Origin: Schizochytrium sp. TIO01
Lineage: Eukaryota > Protista > Bigyra: Labyrinthulomycetes
NCBI GenBank assembly: GCA_004764695.1
Contig: SMSO01000034.1
Location: 3,348,001 to 3,412,000, forward strand
Direction of reading: 5' to 3'
Length of the DNA: 64,000 nucleotides
Each line of letters opens with the position of its first letter. Position 1 is the first letter of the stretch. The notes under the pieces are model-generated. The model made no database searches and was not told where the DNA came from. It worked only from the letters and a program-made list of their open reading frames with translations. The position numbers were made by a program, and so were the translations under genes. Below, in pieces: positions 1 to 11,936 of this stretch.

Positions 1-2
1 TA

Positions 3-683
3 TCGAGAAGCTGAATCGCTGCAGTCTTCCATTTCCCTCAAAGTGCGAAGATACTTCTGTAGAGAAAGCAAAAACAAAAGAAGATATACAGTGCCCAAAG
101 CGCAGTCTAAGAGTGACAACACGAGGGCAACTTTCCACGGGTACGAATATACGCATACTCGATTAGGCAGTATCACACCTCGAACGAATGAAAGAGTTGA
201 CATTGTAAATAATAGTGCAAGAAAACCACCAAACTTCGCTATGACAAAGAGTACACGAAATGCGTGTACTGAGCTTAAGCGAGCGAGCTTTGCACGCTGG
301 ATTAAAATAAAATAGTTGAAACAGTGCGAAACAAAGTAGAGAAATATTGGCAAACTCCCAAAGATTGAACACTGTTGCCAATTTTCGTCTGCGAACCTTG
401 CAATAGACAAAGCAAAAATCACAAGATTGGATCCGAGCATGCTAAGCATATGCCCTGCAAGAAGCTTAATAATATATTTCTGAACGGATGACCTTGTTTC
501 TTTCACAGCCAAATAATTGAAACTAACTTCTGTAGCTGCAATGATGCCGAACAACACTGCGGCTCCTGATACAATCCTTCCAACATTCTGCATAGTTGTA
601 AATGTATGAGAGTCACGAAAGTTATCATCTTGAATCACAGAATTTGCTTGTGTACGTATAACATACGTTTCTACAAAGCTCAT
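3..683 (-). CDS. 7TM GPCR-like membrane protein, partial (3' end beyond left edge); paralog of 3349..4305
   Basis: Manual translation from ATG at 683 is open to the window edge: MSFVETYVIRTQ...SSVQKYIIKLLAGHMLSM...WQQCSIFGSLPIFLYFVSHCFNYFILIQRAK...AKFGG...RGVILPNRVCVYSYP...LDCALGTVYLLLFL. It aligns throughout with the 3349 protein. The ORF track omits it because no stop lies in the window. Confidence 0.9.
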   Translation of the reverse strand, partial: MSFVETYVIRTQANSVIQDDNFRDSHTFTTMQNVGRIVSGAAVLFGIIAATEVSFNYLAVKETRSSVQKYIIKLLAGHMLSMLGSNLVIFALSIARFADENWQQCSIFGSLPIFLYFVSHCFNYFILIQRAKLARLSSVHAFRVLFVIAKFGGFLALLFTMSTLSFVRGVILPNRVCVYSYPWKVALVLSLLDCALGTVYLLLFLLSLQKYLRTLREMEDCSDSASR

Positions 684-3348
684 ATTTATCCCTTCAAATA
701 GTGGTAGGTTTACATCAACATCCTGTAAATTTTTACGGTAGTTCCTCTCGGCAGCATTGCGTGCTCAGACCGTCTAACGTTCTTGCTGTATGTACCACCT
801 TGATTTTCAACCCGGCGAACAGGCTAGATACATGTGTTGAGTATTTGCTGTGCGAGGCCTTTCCATGTATCACTATTTTTGGAACAAGGCTGTGACTATT
901 CGAAAAAAAATAAAAAATAAAAATTTAGTAGCTCTAACCTCTATTATTAAAAAAAAAAAATGGTAATAAATATCCGTTTGAGAATTGGAAATATAGAATA
1001 CAGAGTGAAAAGGAACGATAACTAAAGCTGTAGGCTATGTAGTCAGAAGGAGTACATATATATGAAGGATGAGGATGATATATCTCAAAGGCAAGTATGA
1101 ATAGTAAGTAAATCAGATATTCTGTTGGAATGGTACAATATGAAGAGATTATGGTATCTTCGTTGGTACTAATTTGAGGCACTCTTTGTGCTTGTCCTGC
1201 ATTAGGGGAATGATTCAATCTGTGTAGTATGCATGATCCCGGATTCTTTTTGTGTGAGCTAGAAACGCAATGCAATTTAGAACCAGGCTAGGATCTGCCA
1301 GTTCTATATATGTTTTCATTAGAATAGAGAAATCCAGAGCGCATCATGATTTAGGGCACTAAGACTAAATGGCCTTCGTTGTTGTTGATGAAGTATGATG
1401 CAAATAATAAAAGATGCTGCCACTGAGCAGTCTCTGCAACAAAAATGTCGACTTTTTCTCTAACAAAAGGAACCTTTGTCTTCAAGTCTGCCTCATTTTT
1501 TCTTAATATAGAATATGTTCACATTTATATTTTAATGGCTTTAAAACGGAGAGGATAGAGGTACACGGAAAAGGCACACCAACAAGGCTCTAAAGATTCC
1601 GTCATCAGATATAACAAATTTAGTCAAAAGATCTAGGTATGTCAAGCGATGTAAGAAGAAAAGGTCAAATTTGCTGAAAGCGGTACAAGTGTGAGATTCC
1701 GTCAATTTCTGTATGGGCGAGTTCTTCCCGGCAAAAGAATACACTTTCCTAAGTTGCCTTTAAAAAAAATCGCCCTTAAAATAACCTATTATATTCCTTC
1801 TTTTTTTATGGCATTGCAAAACTCCGGCAGGGTATCAAGTTGTTGACAGCTACCACTGAAACATTTTGTTTGCTAATTCGCACAACTTGGTTGAACAACA
1901 CTTTAGCGTGGATGTGTAACAAGCAAGGTCTCAGCTTGACGCATTTTGACTGAAGAAGAGAATGCACTTGAATTAAAGGCAGGTAGACTCTAAATAATCT
2001 TATATTTCAATATCCTTATAGTAAAATCGAGCCGGATTTAGACAACTTGGATCTTCCATGATTTCGTTTTCTTGAAGAATAAGTCACAGGTGCTACGCAT
2101 CGGATCTGGGGCGTAGACCGAATGATCACAATATTGTAAGTTTGCAGCGAATATTGGAAGCTTGAAACCAAACACTCTAGAAAAAGAATAGGTACGAGAA
2201 AGTACACAAGCAAATTATTAATATTTAGGTAAATGCAGCTACAAGTTTGGTCTGCCAGATTAAATCCAGGAAATCTTATTTTGAAGAAAACCTTTCACCT
2301 ATACAGTCTGCAAAAATAATAAGGATTTGGTGAGGAACAAAAACATGAAAGGGAAAAGATCCGTTATAGAGCCTTTTACCACGTGTCCTTTCACCGTTTG
2401 TGTTTCAAGGAACCCGGATACCTGCAAATATCGGAACGCATACAATTTAGTCTTTTTTCTCGGCGTATTGTGCTCCTTTTGGAACTTCCTGCACCGGAAT
2501 TATGCTGGATGGCGCACCATAGTAGGAGTAGAAACAAAAGCTCAGACAAATATCAGCCATTGCTGGATCGACTCTCCTTTAATATCACCACCCTTTGTCT
2601 CAGAGTGACTGCTGGTGGAACGCTAACTGTCATTTAATGTTCACACTTTGCAAAAACAAAGAGCTGTTTTGTTCATTATAGTTCAAAAGAAAGGCAGATG
2701 TATAAACTCTGAGTACCAATTGAACTTTGCACCAATTAATGCTCTTATCCTCTGTTATATCCAGCTTTACCTTGGAAGGTCCCAAAAGAGAACTCACTCC
2801 AGAAGCGCGAGCAGACCCAAAAGCTTTAACCAATGCTCACTGCATCGAGGATTTGATCGTGAGTGTCACTTGGTGTTGAACATAAATCTCTCGAAATTGA
2901 ACAGTATATAAACAGAACTTGTAGCTTTAAGTTGTTTTCAAAAATGGTACACGAAGACAACCAAACAGCCAGGAAATGCTCTTCAATTGTTTTTAACACG
3001 ACCCTTTGCTCTTGTTTTACTATTGTATAAAGTCCAACGGACCAATGTGTGAAATCTTAAGTTAAAATAAGTAAGCAAAAAAAAAGACAGACGCAAATAA
3101 TAATACAATTCCAAAGGGAGTAAACAAACTTCGCGTACAAAGCATCAACTGTCCTTCATTGATCAAAACGAAGGGGGATGCCTTGCAGGCGGTAGCCTTT
3201 CGAAAGATGAGCTATGAGCAGGGATTTTGCGTTTTAGTTTAGCCTTAACCAGCACGCTTTTTGAAATCACGTTGCAATCTATTCGACCCATCTTTATACG
3301 CATTTTCCTCCTGAACGCTACATTGAAAACTTGTTGGGAGATCACAGA

Positions 3349-4305
3349 ATGAGCTTTTGGGAAACGTATGTAATCCGAAATGAAACCACTGTCATAGTAG
3401 AAGCCGAAAACTATGAAGAAAGCCCAAGTTTTCAGGTTCTAAGATCTATCTCTGCTGTAACATCAGCATGTTCACTGTTGTTTGGATGCATTGCCTTCGT
3501 TATAGTTATTACCAGAAGCAGAAAAACTGAGCACTCTTCAGCGCAGCAATACATTATGAAGTATCTCTACGGACATCTAGTGAGCATGTCATGCTCAAGT
3601 CTTTCGATTCTAATTCTTACAACTGCAAAATTTGAACCCATACATTGGAGATTGTGTTCTGGCCTAGGATCCCTACCATCAACGTTCTACATGCTGACCC
3701 ATTGTTGTAATTATTGGATTTTTGTTCAACGTTCGAAAGTCATTCGGTTTCTGTCCATAAAATGGCCTTCAACTGTTTTGTCATGTGCTAAGTTTGGAAC
3801 TGTGCTTATATGTATTGCAACACTGGTGTCTCCTATTCATACCCATGGAAAACTACTTCCCGACGGAACTTGTGTTCAATTTTTTCCTTCTAATTTGATT
3901 TTCATGCAGTTAGTACTTGATTGCAGCCTTGGCATCATCTTCTTATTTCTCTTTCTTATTCCAATGTATGCCCATTTAGCAAGAATGCAGGAAAACAATA
4001 TTAAAACTGTAGCCACCTCACGGTATATGAATATGGCACGAGTGAATCTTCTCTGGGGAAGTACCTCAATCCTGACGAGCTTTATCGTTGTTATAGTATC
4101 TGCATCAGTTCAAGCAGCAAGTGGTCTTAGCACAAATGCCGAATTGGGACGGTTTCATTTTCTCTTATTCGACTGGGCCATTGCGCCAATCGATATGTGC
4201 ATAAACCTTCTAGCAGCTTTAAAAATAACTCAGATGACATGGAATCCTTCTTCCAGACTGATAAAAACAGCAACAAATGATAGGAGCCCGCATAACTTGA
4301 ATTAG
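3349..4305 (+). CDS. 7TM GPCR-like membrane protein
   Basis: About 7 hydrophobic helices, Cys at the top of TM3 (LCSGLG) and in ECL2 (GTCVQ), QR at the end of TM3. ATG 3349 (MSFWETYVIR) is supported by the paralog's matching start. Confidence 0.85.
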   Translation: MSFWETYVIRNETTVIVEAENYEESPSFQVLRSISAVTSACSLLFGCIAFVIVITRSRKTEHSSAQQYIMKYLYGHLVSMSCSSLSILILTTAKFEPIHWRLCSGLGSLPSTFYMLTHCCNYWIFVQRSKVIRFLSIKWPSTVLSCAKFGTVLICIATLVSPIHTHGKLLPDGTCVQFFPSNLIFMQLVLDCSLGIIFLFLFLIPMYAHLARMQENNIKTVATSRYMNMARVNLLWGSTSILTSFIVVIVSASVQAASGLSTNAELGRFHFLLFDWAIAPIDMCINLLAALKITQMTWNPSSRLIKTATNDRSPHNLN

Positions 4306-4956
4306 AACGTGTTGTATGAATAGTGCGCAAATAAAGATTTATTATTATTATTTATAAGTTTAAAAACATCACCAAAATTGGCCGACATTGTCTACAAAGA
4401 CGTCAGGCCTCAGTTTAAGTCTAGTTTCTAGCAGTGGAATTGTTTCTAGCAGTGGAAGCGCCGCATAGTTTAAAAACGAGAGTAGTTTCATGGATTTTGT
4501 TTCAATTGTTTTTACTTTATTCCGAGTACTCATCAAATAAGCAAATCATACTTTCCCTTCGCCATCAGGCAAACTTTGGATAGGCAGGCATGTTTGCATT
4601 ATGTAATTTTAAAAAAAATCCAAACCATTGTGAGGTAACCAAAATGCAATCCATGCTGCAAACTAATCTACGTACCACTGTGCACCGAATTGCATTTTCT
4701 ATCGTCAACAATGAGATTATTGGAAAAAATGTACTTCACATGTGGCCAACGGTTGTCACGATAAAGACACAAACTTGCAAAAGAAAATTGAGAAAGCAGT
4801 AAAAGTGAGGGCTGTAAAGGTCAAAGACGAATGGGCAAACAACATAATTTGTCAAAGACGAATGTGCAAACAACAATTAAGGCTATTTTTTAGAATGTTA
4901 TTAAGTTTGAAAAATCACCGTGGGCTGCAAAATCTTGCAAAAGAGAGAGGCGTAAT

Positions 4957-5641
4957 ATGCCACAGTGGTGCAGCGTATTTGGCCTCCCTACGGACTACTG
5001 CTCCAGTGCGTGGTCGAGCAGTTATCGCCGTCTACTTCTGGAGGTTCGTGAACTGGCTTCGGAGGGTCTCATCGAGGTTAGTGTTTCCTACTCACTCGAT
5101 CAAGACATCTATAACGCTCTTATTGCTGGTGGAGTGTCTTTTTCAGACGACTCTGACTTCGAAGAGGCTCTCGCAGCGGCTCGGAATAGGACCACTGATG
5201 ACATTGTGGTCTATGCCTCTGATGGGACCATCGAAATTGCTTCTGTTGTGACGACCGAGGCAGACACGGAGGGCAGTTCTGACCTAATCGGAAATATTGC
5301 AGCTATCCAAAGTGTCTAAAGCAACCTCCAGAGCATCGCCTGTGCAGTAACAACGAGTTTGAGCATCGATGAGTCTGACGTTGAGACCACCGAAGTCGAC
5401 CTCTGCAAGAACCGCGTCTGCAACGATTGCGGAACTTGCAACAACAACACAGGCGTCTGCACGTGCACCACCACCGACTATTGGGGAGTCACCCTAAAAA
5501 CGAGACTGCTGTTAGTTGCGAGAATGGCGGCGCCATCCCCTTCGACGGCAAATCCAACTGCCAGTGCGTCTGGCCCTACATGGGACTTCGTTGCGGTGAC
5601 ACCATTGTGCTGAGACATGTGGAACTACTTGCGCTAACTAA
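4957..5641 (+). pseudogene. Disrupted C-terminal fragment of a secreted/surface protein with an RRLL motif and EGF-like repeats
   Basis: The frame reads ...YRRLLLEVRELA...IQSV, hits an in-frame TAA (5317-5319), and continues in frame to LCKNRVCNDCGTCNNNTGVCTC..YWG. It then frameshifts to SCENGG..CQCVWPYMGLRC and again to CAETCGTTCAN*. No N-terminal part is visible. Confidence 0.75.
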
Positions 5642-5730
5642 CCAATTAAGTTTATATTTTTTCCAAGGGAATCCAAGTATAGCGACCAATTGGATAATAA
5701 ACTTTTAGCTTGGATCGCCAAATTATGTTA

Positions 5731-6159
5731 CTAAGCTAATCCCAATGCATTTGTTTCCGAAGAAGCCTTGACATACTCCAGAAAGGTAGAAACGTGGCGA
5801 CTTTTCCTCTTGCGATCTTGTTGAAGCGTCATCAAGTAAAGGCGCTTGGGGGAAAGTTGCAGGTTGGCGTGGCTCGCGAGGTCGTTGTGTGAAAACTTAA
5901 GGCAGGTAAGGATGGACCAAGTCAGTACATGGCAGCGCCAAGGCGCTGCGTTCGAGAATCCAGGCGAAGACCACGCGCATGGTCCTGCCGTTGCCATTAG
6001 GGAAGGGATGGAAGTGGCATAAAACCTGGCGATACTCTCGATGACCTTCATGTCTAAATGCTGGTGGAGCAGACTTTCTATGTTTTCTTTGATTTGGTGT
6101 GGTAAAGAATAAACAATAATTTCATTAGAAAGCTCAAGAAAGACTGGATACTGAGAACA
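5731..6159 (-). pseudogene. Fic/Fido-domain (AMPylase family) pseudogene fragment
   Basis: Catalytic motif HPFPNGNGRTMR at 6010-5975 lies in a different frame from the listed ORF. The listed ORF's frame supplies the upstream YSLPHQIKENIESLL..IESIARF and the downstream KRLYLMTLQQD..FLEYV helices, so two frameshifts are needed. Confidence 0.75.
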
Positions 6160-7164
6160 CTAACAGGTGGGTCGCGCAAGCCATACATAAACAATTAAAA
6201 TAATAAATAATAAATAATAAATGACAGATTTTGGGAGCGCTCTTGATTCGCACGAAATCACGCGCTTGTGGCAAATGGATCAATGCTTCATGGAACTACT
6301 AAGTAAAGTCAAACGAATTTTAGAGTCGGTATCTGCCTTGATCGTGAACTTGCTTAAATAATAACGATATGCAATCGACTTCAAAGACAGGGTAGAGTGA
6401 GAAAATGTACATTCATATAAAAGAAGACTCCAAGGTCGATTGTACTTATACAATTATTGTGATGCACAAATGGCTTTAGGAAATGAGAATTCGTTATCAA
6501 CAAACATGTTATCAAAATAGACAAGACTGCGTGACAGGTGCTTACTCAACGAGCTCATGATGCATCTGATTCTTCAAATAAAAAACATGGGTTGGGATTG
6601 TGATTCTTTTTATAGTGACGATGCGAATTCCATAGCTCCTTTGTACGCAAAGGACAAGTACCTAGACGAACTTTGTGAAAAAGGTAAAGAAACTGAACGA
6701 TTTTTTCTTTGATTTAAAAAAAATGATTTCTAGCCAATTGAGATTGAAGCTCCTCACCAACACGCTCACGTCAAATGAGCAAAAGTATACCTAACCGTAT
6801 GCTCCAACACAAGAGGTTCACTGTATAGTGGGCCTATCTTCCAGCACTAAGAGCAGCCTATTATAAGCACAACTCTGCGAGGCTCCAGCTCCAAAATAAC
6901 TTGTAGTAACTAGCGTTTTGCAAGAAAGAAGATGCAAAGCGAAGCAAATCAATGGCAAAGCTAGCTGGCATGCATTGTCGTCTTAGACCATGGAGTGCAG
7001 GGGAATGAATATATCGATCCTCGTTCAGGCAAAGGTTTGCTGGACATTAATAATCAACAAAAAGACGCGTGCCTAGTCCAAAGGCAATCCTCAGTCTTCT
7101 CGTGTTGCGTGGTGCAGATGACCTTGATAACAGGAAAACGGAATAAGAGAAAGGAGGGAGAGAA

Positions 7165-8004
7165 TTAGGAATCGCAACCACTAAGACCAGCAAGCATGTA
7201 AATGAAAATGTTGACGATGTCAAGGTAGAGTGACAGTGCTCCAAGAACATAGTCGTCAATACCCAGCTCATAACGTCTATTTTTACCACCAATGATGAGC
7301 TGTGTATCATAAACAAGGAACATGGAGAACAAAGTGACACCGAGCCAGGCAAAAATCAAATAGGTCGTGCGGGACTCCTCTATGAAAATAAGCACGAGGC
7401 CAAACACAAGAAGAACCAGAAGAGCAACCAGAAGATAAGGTCCCCAACCTGTAAAGTCATACTTTGTTTGCCAAGCAAAAAGCATAAGACCGATCGAAAC
7501 AATTAAGGTAGCACCAATAGAAATATACACCAGGTAAGTGTCAGAATAAGAAGCCACCACGCCCAACATGTAACCTTCCGCAAGGGTTAAGATAAAAAGG
7601 AAAATAAGACCAAATGGATGCTTTCGAGCAACACTTGTGCAACAGGAGAGTACAATGACGAGAGCGAGGACTACGAAGACGGAGGTATAATACATTGTCG
7701 TGTTTCCTTGTACATAAGCCTTAACCGTATCACTAGTGGACATTGCAATAATAATTGCGAACGTAACAGCAAGCTGGATCATGAGAATGCTAAAAACCTT
7801 GCGAATGAAGCCATGCCTTACTGCGATGTCGTAGTTTATCATCGGCGAGTAATCGTCTTCGGCATATTGGACAACTTGCGCTTGGCCACCATTATCGTAC
7901 CCATATCCATACTGGGCGTTGCTCCACTGGTTATTATTATTTTGAGGGGCTGCTACTCCCATGGGTGACATGTTACGGCCACGCTCAAGGTCCGCGTTGG
8001 TCAT
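7165..8004 (-). CDS. Bax inhibitor-1/Lifeguard (TMBIM) family protein
   Basis: VRHGFIRKVFSIL, QTKYDFTG, LVYDTQLIIGG and YVLGALSLYLDIVNIF motifs; multiple TM helices. Confidence 0.95.
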   Translation of the reverse strand: MTNADLERGRNMSPMGVAAPQNNNNQWSNAQYGYGYDNGGQAQVVQYAEDDYSPMINYDIAVRHGFIRKVFSILMIQLAVTFAIIIAMSTSDTVKAYVQGNTTMYYTSVFVVLALVIVLSCCTSVARKHPFGLIFLFILTLAEGYMLGVVASYSDTYLVYISIGATLIVSIGLMLFAWQTKYDFTGWGPYLLVALLVLLVFGLVLIFIEESRTTYLIFAWLGVTLFSMFLVYDTQLIIGGKNRRYELGIDDYVLGALSLYLDIVNIFIYMLAGLSGCDS

Positions 8005-10617
8005 TGTATAAACAAGGGTACTTTATCTGTCAATGTACCTGGTCCGAAACACGAAATTCTAGCTGCAGAGGCTCGTGAAGCTTACGTCCCAGCTATGCGA
8101 GTATCTTCTGATTTCTCCCAAAGCTACACAAAATGTGCTCGGCAAAGGTTTGTCGTCGCTTGCTCTGGGGTATTTCTAGTTATCTGCCTGTGCCCACTCT
8201 TAGCGACTGACGCTTGATGAGTGAGTGCGCGAACGAGTGAGTGCGTGAGTAAGGAAGCTTCGTCTCAGAACCCAGGCTTCGTGCACAGACTCTTTGTAAG
8301 CGACCAACCGAGCCAGGCCTCCGCGGCCCTCTTAAGGCTCAACTCAAAGATGCAGGTTTGTCGCCGCAAGCCCTCGATCTAAATTCCTTCTCCAAAGAGA
8401 TTCTTAATGTCTACATGTACCACCTAAGAATGAATGTAACTTTCATCATCATTCTCGTGATCGATTGATCGATCGCATCAAAACTAAAATATCACCTTTT
8501 GTGACTGTGGGCTCTTTATTGCTCTTACTTCCTTCCTTCCTTCCACGCTAGTAGATACCTACGCACCACTAGGAGCAAACAAGCAAGCACCTTTTGTTCA
8601 TTTACTATAAAGGTGATCACTCGTCGTCGATTTCATCATTTCCAGCGCCAATGGTAACGGGAGCCCCAATTTCCGTCACCGCGGTCACCATCGCTGTGAG
8701 CCGTGTATCGACCCGTCAGCTGCGTGGACGCGGCAGGGGACCAACCCCTTGCTTTGCAGAAACAAACCTCTTGACCGCGAGAGAGCTGGCCAGGTGAGAA
8801 ACCACTCAAGCCTGAAGCATTGACCTGGGCTAGCTACAGTATGTGTGTGTGCGCTGCAAAGGCCCTCGCCACCCACGCACGCGAGCTCGTGCTTATGGAG
8901 GTAGGGAACTAATCAATCGAACAATCAATCAATCGAACAATCAATCAATCGAACAATCAGTAAACCAATCGAGGTATCACCTCGGCAGCCTCGACGAAGA
9001 GCATGGAGGTGGCGTTCTTCTTCACTGCCCACAGAATGGACTCCGATCGCCATAAAGAATTAGAAAGTAAAGAAAGCACTGTTGTTGTTGTATTTATTTA
9101 TTTATTTATTCATTTATTCATTTATTATTTATTTACAGAAGTAGTGGGTTGTAGCTAGTCGATGTGCTGGAACTATTCTGCTGCCATGGTTCGCAATTCA
9201 TCAGCCTGGCAGATGGATGCGCAAAGCAAGCCACTCGTTCAGCCAGCTAGCCGGTCGAAGAAGAGCTTCACGGACAGTATTTATTTAGCAGGTGGCGATT
9301 TTACACTGCCAGAGGAGGCAGAAAGAAGAAGCTTTTTCCGTTTTGCTTTTCTTTTCTTTCTTTCGAATACCTCGACTCACACAATTCGTATTTTTTATTA
9401 TTTGGATATTTGGTGGAGGGTCTCTAGCTAGCTAGCTAGCTCTAGCGGGAACTAACTGCTTGGGTACTAGTACTATTCCAACTTCTATTTGTTTGTTTGT
9501 TTGATTGTTTGTTTATTTATTTTTATTTTTATGAGCTCCTCATGATTAGAGCCAAGTTTGGGATGACAGCCCCAATGCTTGGGCTTCTGGTGCGTGTCAC
9601 GTCTGCTTTGGTTGATGCTCTAAATCCATCTTCAAATAATAAATTACAGTATCATTATTCTGCCAGTGTCGGAACTTCATGTTTGCATATGCACATATGC
9701 CTCTACCTATGTCTAAAGGAATAGCTTGCTTATTTAATTCGGGTTGCTGCGCTTAATACTTTAAGTCGCTCAAATGTGACGCTGCAACCTTGCGTTGGGA
9801 TTATCTTGAGTTCAAGTTCATAATCTTTGGGTCGACGAGGCTTTAGCTCATGCGACGATGATAGTGGTAATCCCAGGTTTCCTTTTCACCATCTTCTTGA
9901 GGCATAATCTATTTATTTACCAGCAACTGGTAGAAACGTAACTCAGAACTTCAAAATTACCATCACAACACTCCAAGTGGACCGCCTCGAATCCTGACGG
10001 TCATTATAACCAGGATCACCTCTCTTCTTGATCAAAATCTGTGCAGGTCATAAGCTTGTTTCAAACTTCGTGAACCAAACGCTTTTGGGAACTTCTCGAC
10101 TCGGTAATAACCTTCCCAACCTAAATGGTGCGAAGCTTTCCTACCACGATTGGCTTTATGCAATGTCATAAAAGCTGGCTATCATTGAGTAAGATGTATA
10201 TATGACACACGCCCAATTCTGAACCCTTTTTTTTTTTTAAGTGAGACCGTCTGTCAAAAAACAAATGCAATGCAGCCACCATTGCCACCACTAACTTAAA
10301 ATTTGTTGGAGGAGGAACTGGTAGGTCACGACTCATGATTGTGCAGTTGCACATGAAGCATATAAATATGAAACAGCAATCAAAGAACTGAGGTTCATCA
10401 ATAGAAACATTATATAATGATGCAGAGGCCTGAGAAACTTATTCAGTAATCCCTACAACAGCACTTTGGGCAGTCTCGTGAGGCATAAAATGCCACACGC
10501 CTCAGTTCAGGAATTACGAGACATCCTCATGATTTAAAAGTCCTAGTCAACACAGACGAAAAATATTGATTTCTACTTCTACTCCTAATTTAACTATCAT
10601 TTTTTGCAGATGGGAGC

Positions 10618-11936
10618 TCAAGCATAGCTTGAATTCCGGAAGACACGCTTTACAGCGAGCCTGCCATCTGAGGTAACAAATCCAGGCACAGGGGGCTCCC
10701 ATTGCCAGGACCCCGAAACATGAACAAAGAATGGCTTTCCTGATGAAGGATCATGTTGCTGAATCCATTGTGCTGCTGCTTTTTTCTTTGCCTCAAGAGT
10801 TTCTTGTTCAACACTCTTAGACTCAACAATGACTTCCCGAACAGAGTTCCATTCTGCTTGGTACTCGATATTTGTGCTTTTTCTAGGCTTGACGGCAACC
10901 GCAAGTTCCCGGGCAGCTGGGCTCTGCTCAAGAATTCTGCGCAAGGCCTCGCGCTCAAGATCTATTAATGGATCAACACCCTCGGGCTGCAAGAGATAAT
11001 CACGACATCGATTAAAAAGGCTGTTGATGGTCAAATGTTGTAAAGAAGAGATTGAGGCCAAGATGGCTTCCTCACTCGCCTTTGGAGGAAGTTTACGTAT
11101 CGTCTCAGCAACACATTCAAATAGGCTCAAAATTACGGCCGCAACACCTACGTGGCCCATGAGCATGACCAAATCCCAACATGATAGCAGAACAGGCAGC
11201 GGCAATGCAATGAGACCGCCTGAAAACGATACCTGAGTAAACATTGTCATTAGCCACTTAACGCAAAGTAAACCAGGCATCAAACCAGCATGCTTACATT
11301 GTTTCATGAGATCAGGATATCGCAATGAAATATCACGATCCCAATTTTGCTCCACGATATGTAACTGACGTTCGCAAAATACCGAGGTAAGAAGTTTGCG
11401 TGTAATGCCGACGAGGAAAGCGAAGGCATCGACTTCGTTGTCAAAAATCTCCAGGAGCAGATAGGCAATGCCATTAAGCCCTTGGATATAAATGGAAGTT
11501 TCTGAGGGATCAGTTCCTGGTACGGCTGCACAGTGTTTTTCAAAAGCATTTACGTATGCCACATAGGCGCGCAAAACTCTTTCTAGCTGACGTACACGTT
11601 TTTCTTCGTGTTTTCGTTGTGCGAAAGAATCGCTTCTTTGTGTGTCTACGTTTGTATCTGAGGCCTGCGATAAGCTTGTTGAAAGAAGTCCCGGGTACGA
11701 GGGACATCTCGGGCTATCTGTTTGAGATCTTGCAAAGGAATATCTGCAACAACAAATTCTTCAAACCTATCAGTAATCCCCTCCGGTGGCAAGGCCCAGG
11801 TGAAGAGTATTCTCCATGCCTCTTTTCTATCTTCTGTTTTCAGCTGCTGGAGGTCGTCTAGCGCTCCTCCTATGGGCCCGTGAGGCCAAACTTGAGCGCG
11901 CACAAGTGTTTTGAACTTTTCTGGGATCCTGTTCAT
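10618..11936 (-). CDS. TBC-domain Rab GTPase-activating protein with C-terminal WW domain; one -1 frameshift between about 11695 and 11646
   Basis: The first frame has RKEAWRIL and IARDVPRT (Arg finger). The second frame has LERVLRAYVAY, YIQGLNGIA (Gln finger), KWLMTMF and WDLV. A WW-like WIQQHDPSSGKPFFVHVSGSWQWEPP follows. The second frame is open back to the DVPRT codons. Confidence 0.85.

Noticed and set aside
1900-3000. Possible decayed gene between the two GPCR-like genes
   Set aside because: Only short ORFs with no recognisable motifs in the frames I examined.
9930-10000. Minus-strand GFEAVHLECCDGNFEVLSYV, ankyrin-like
   Set aside because: A single weak repeat flanked by stops; could be chance.
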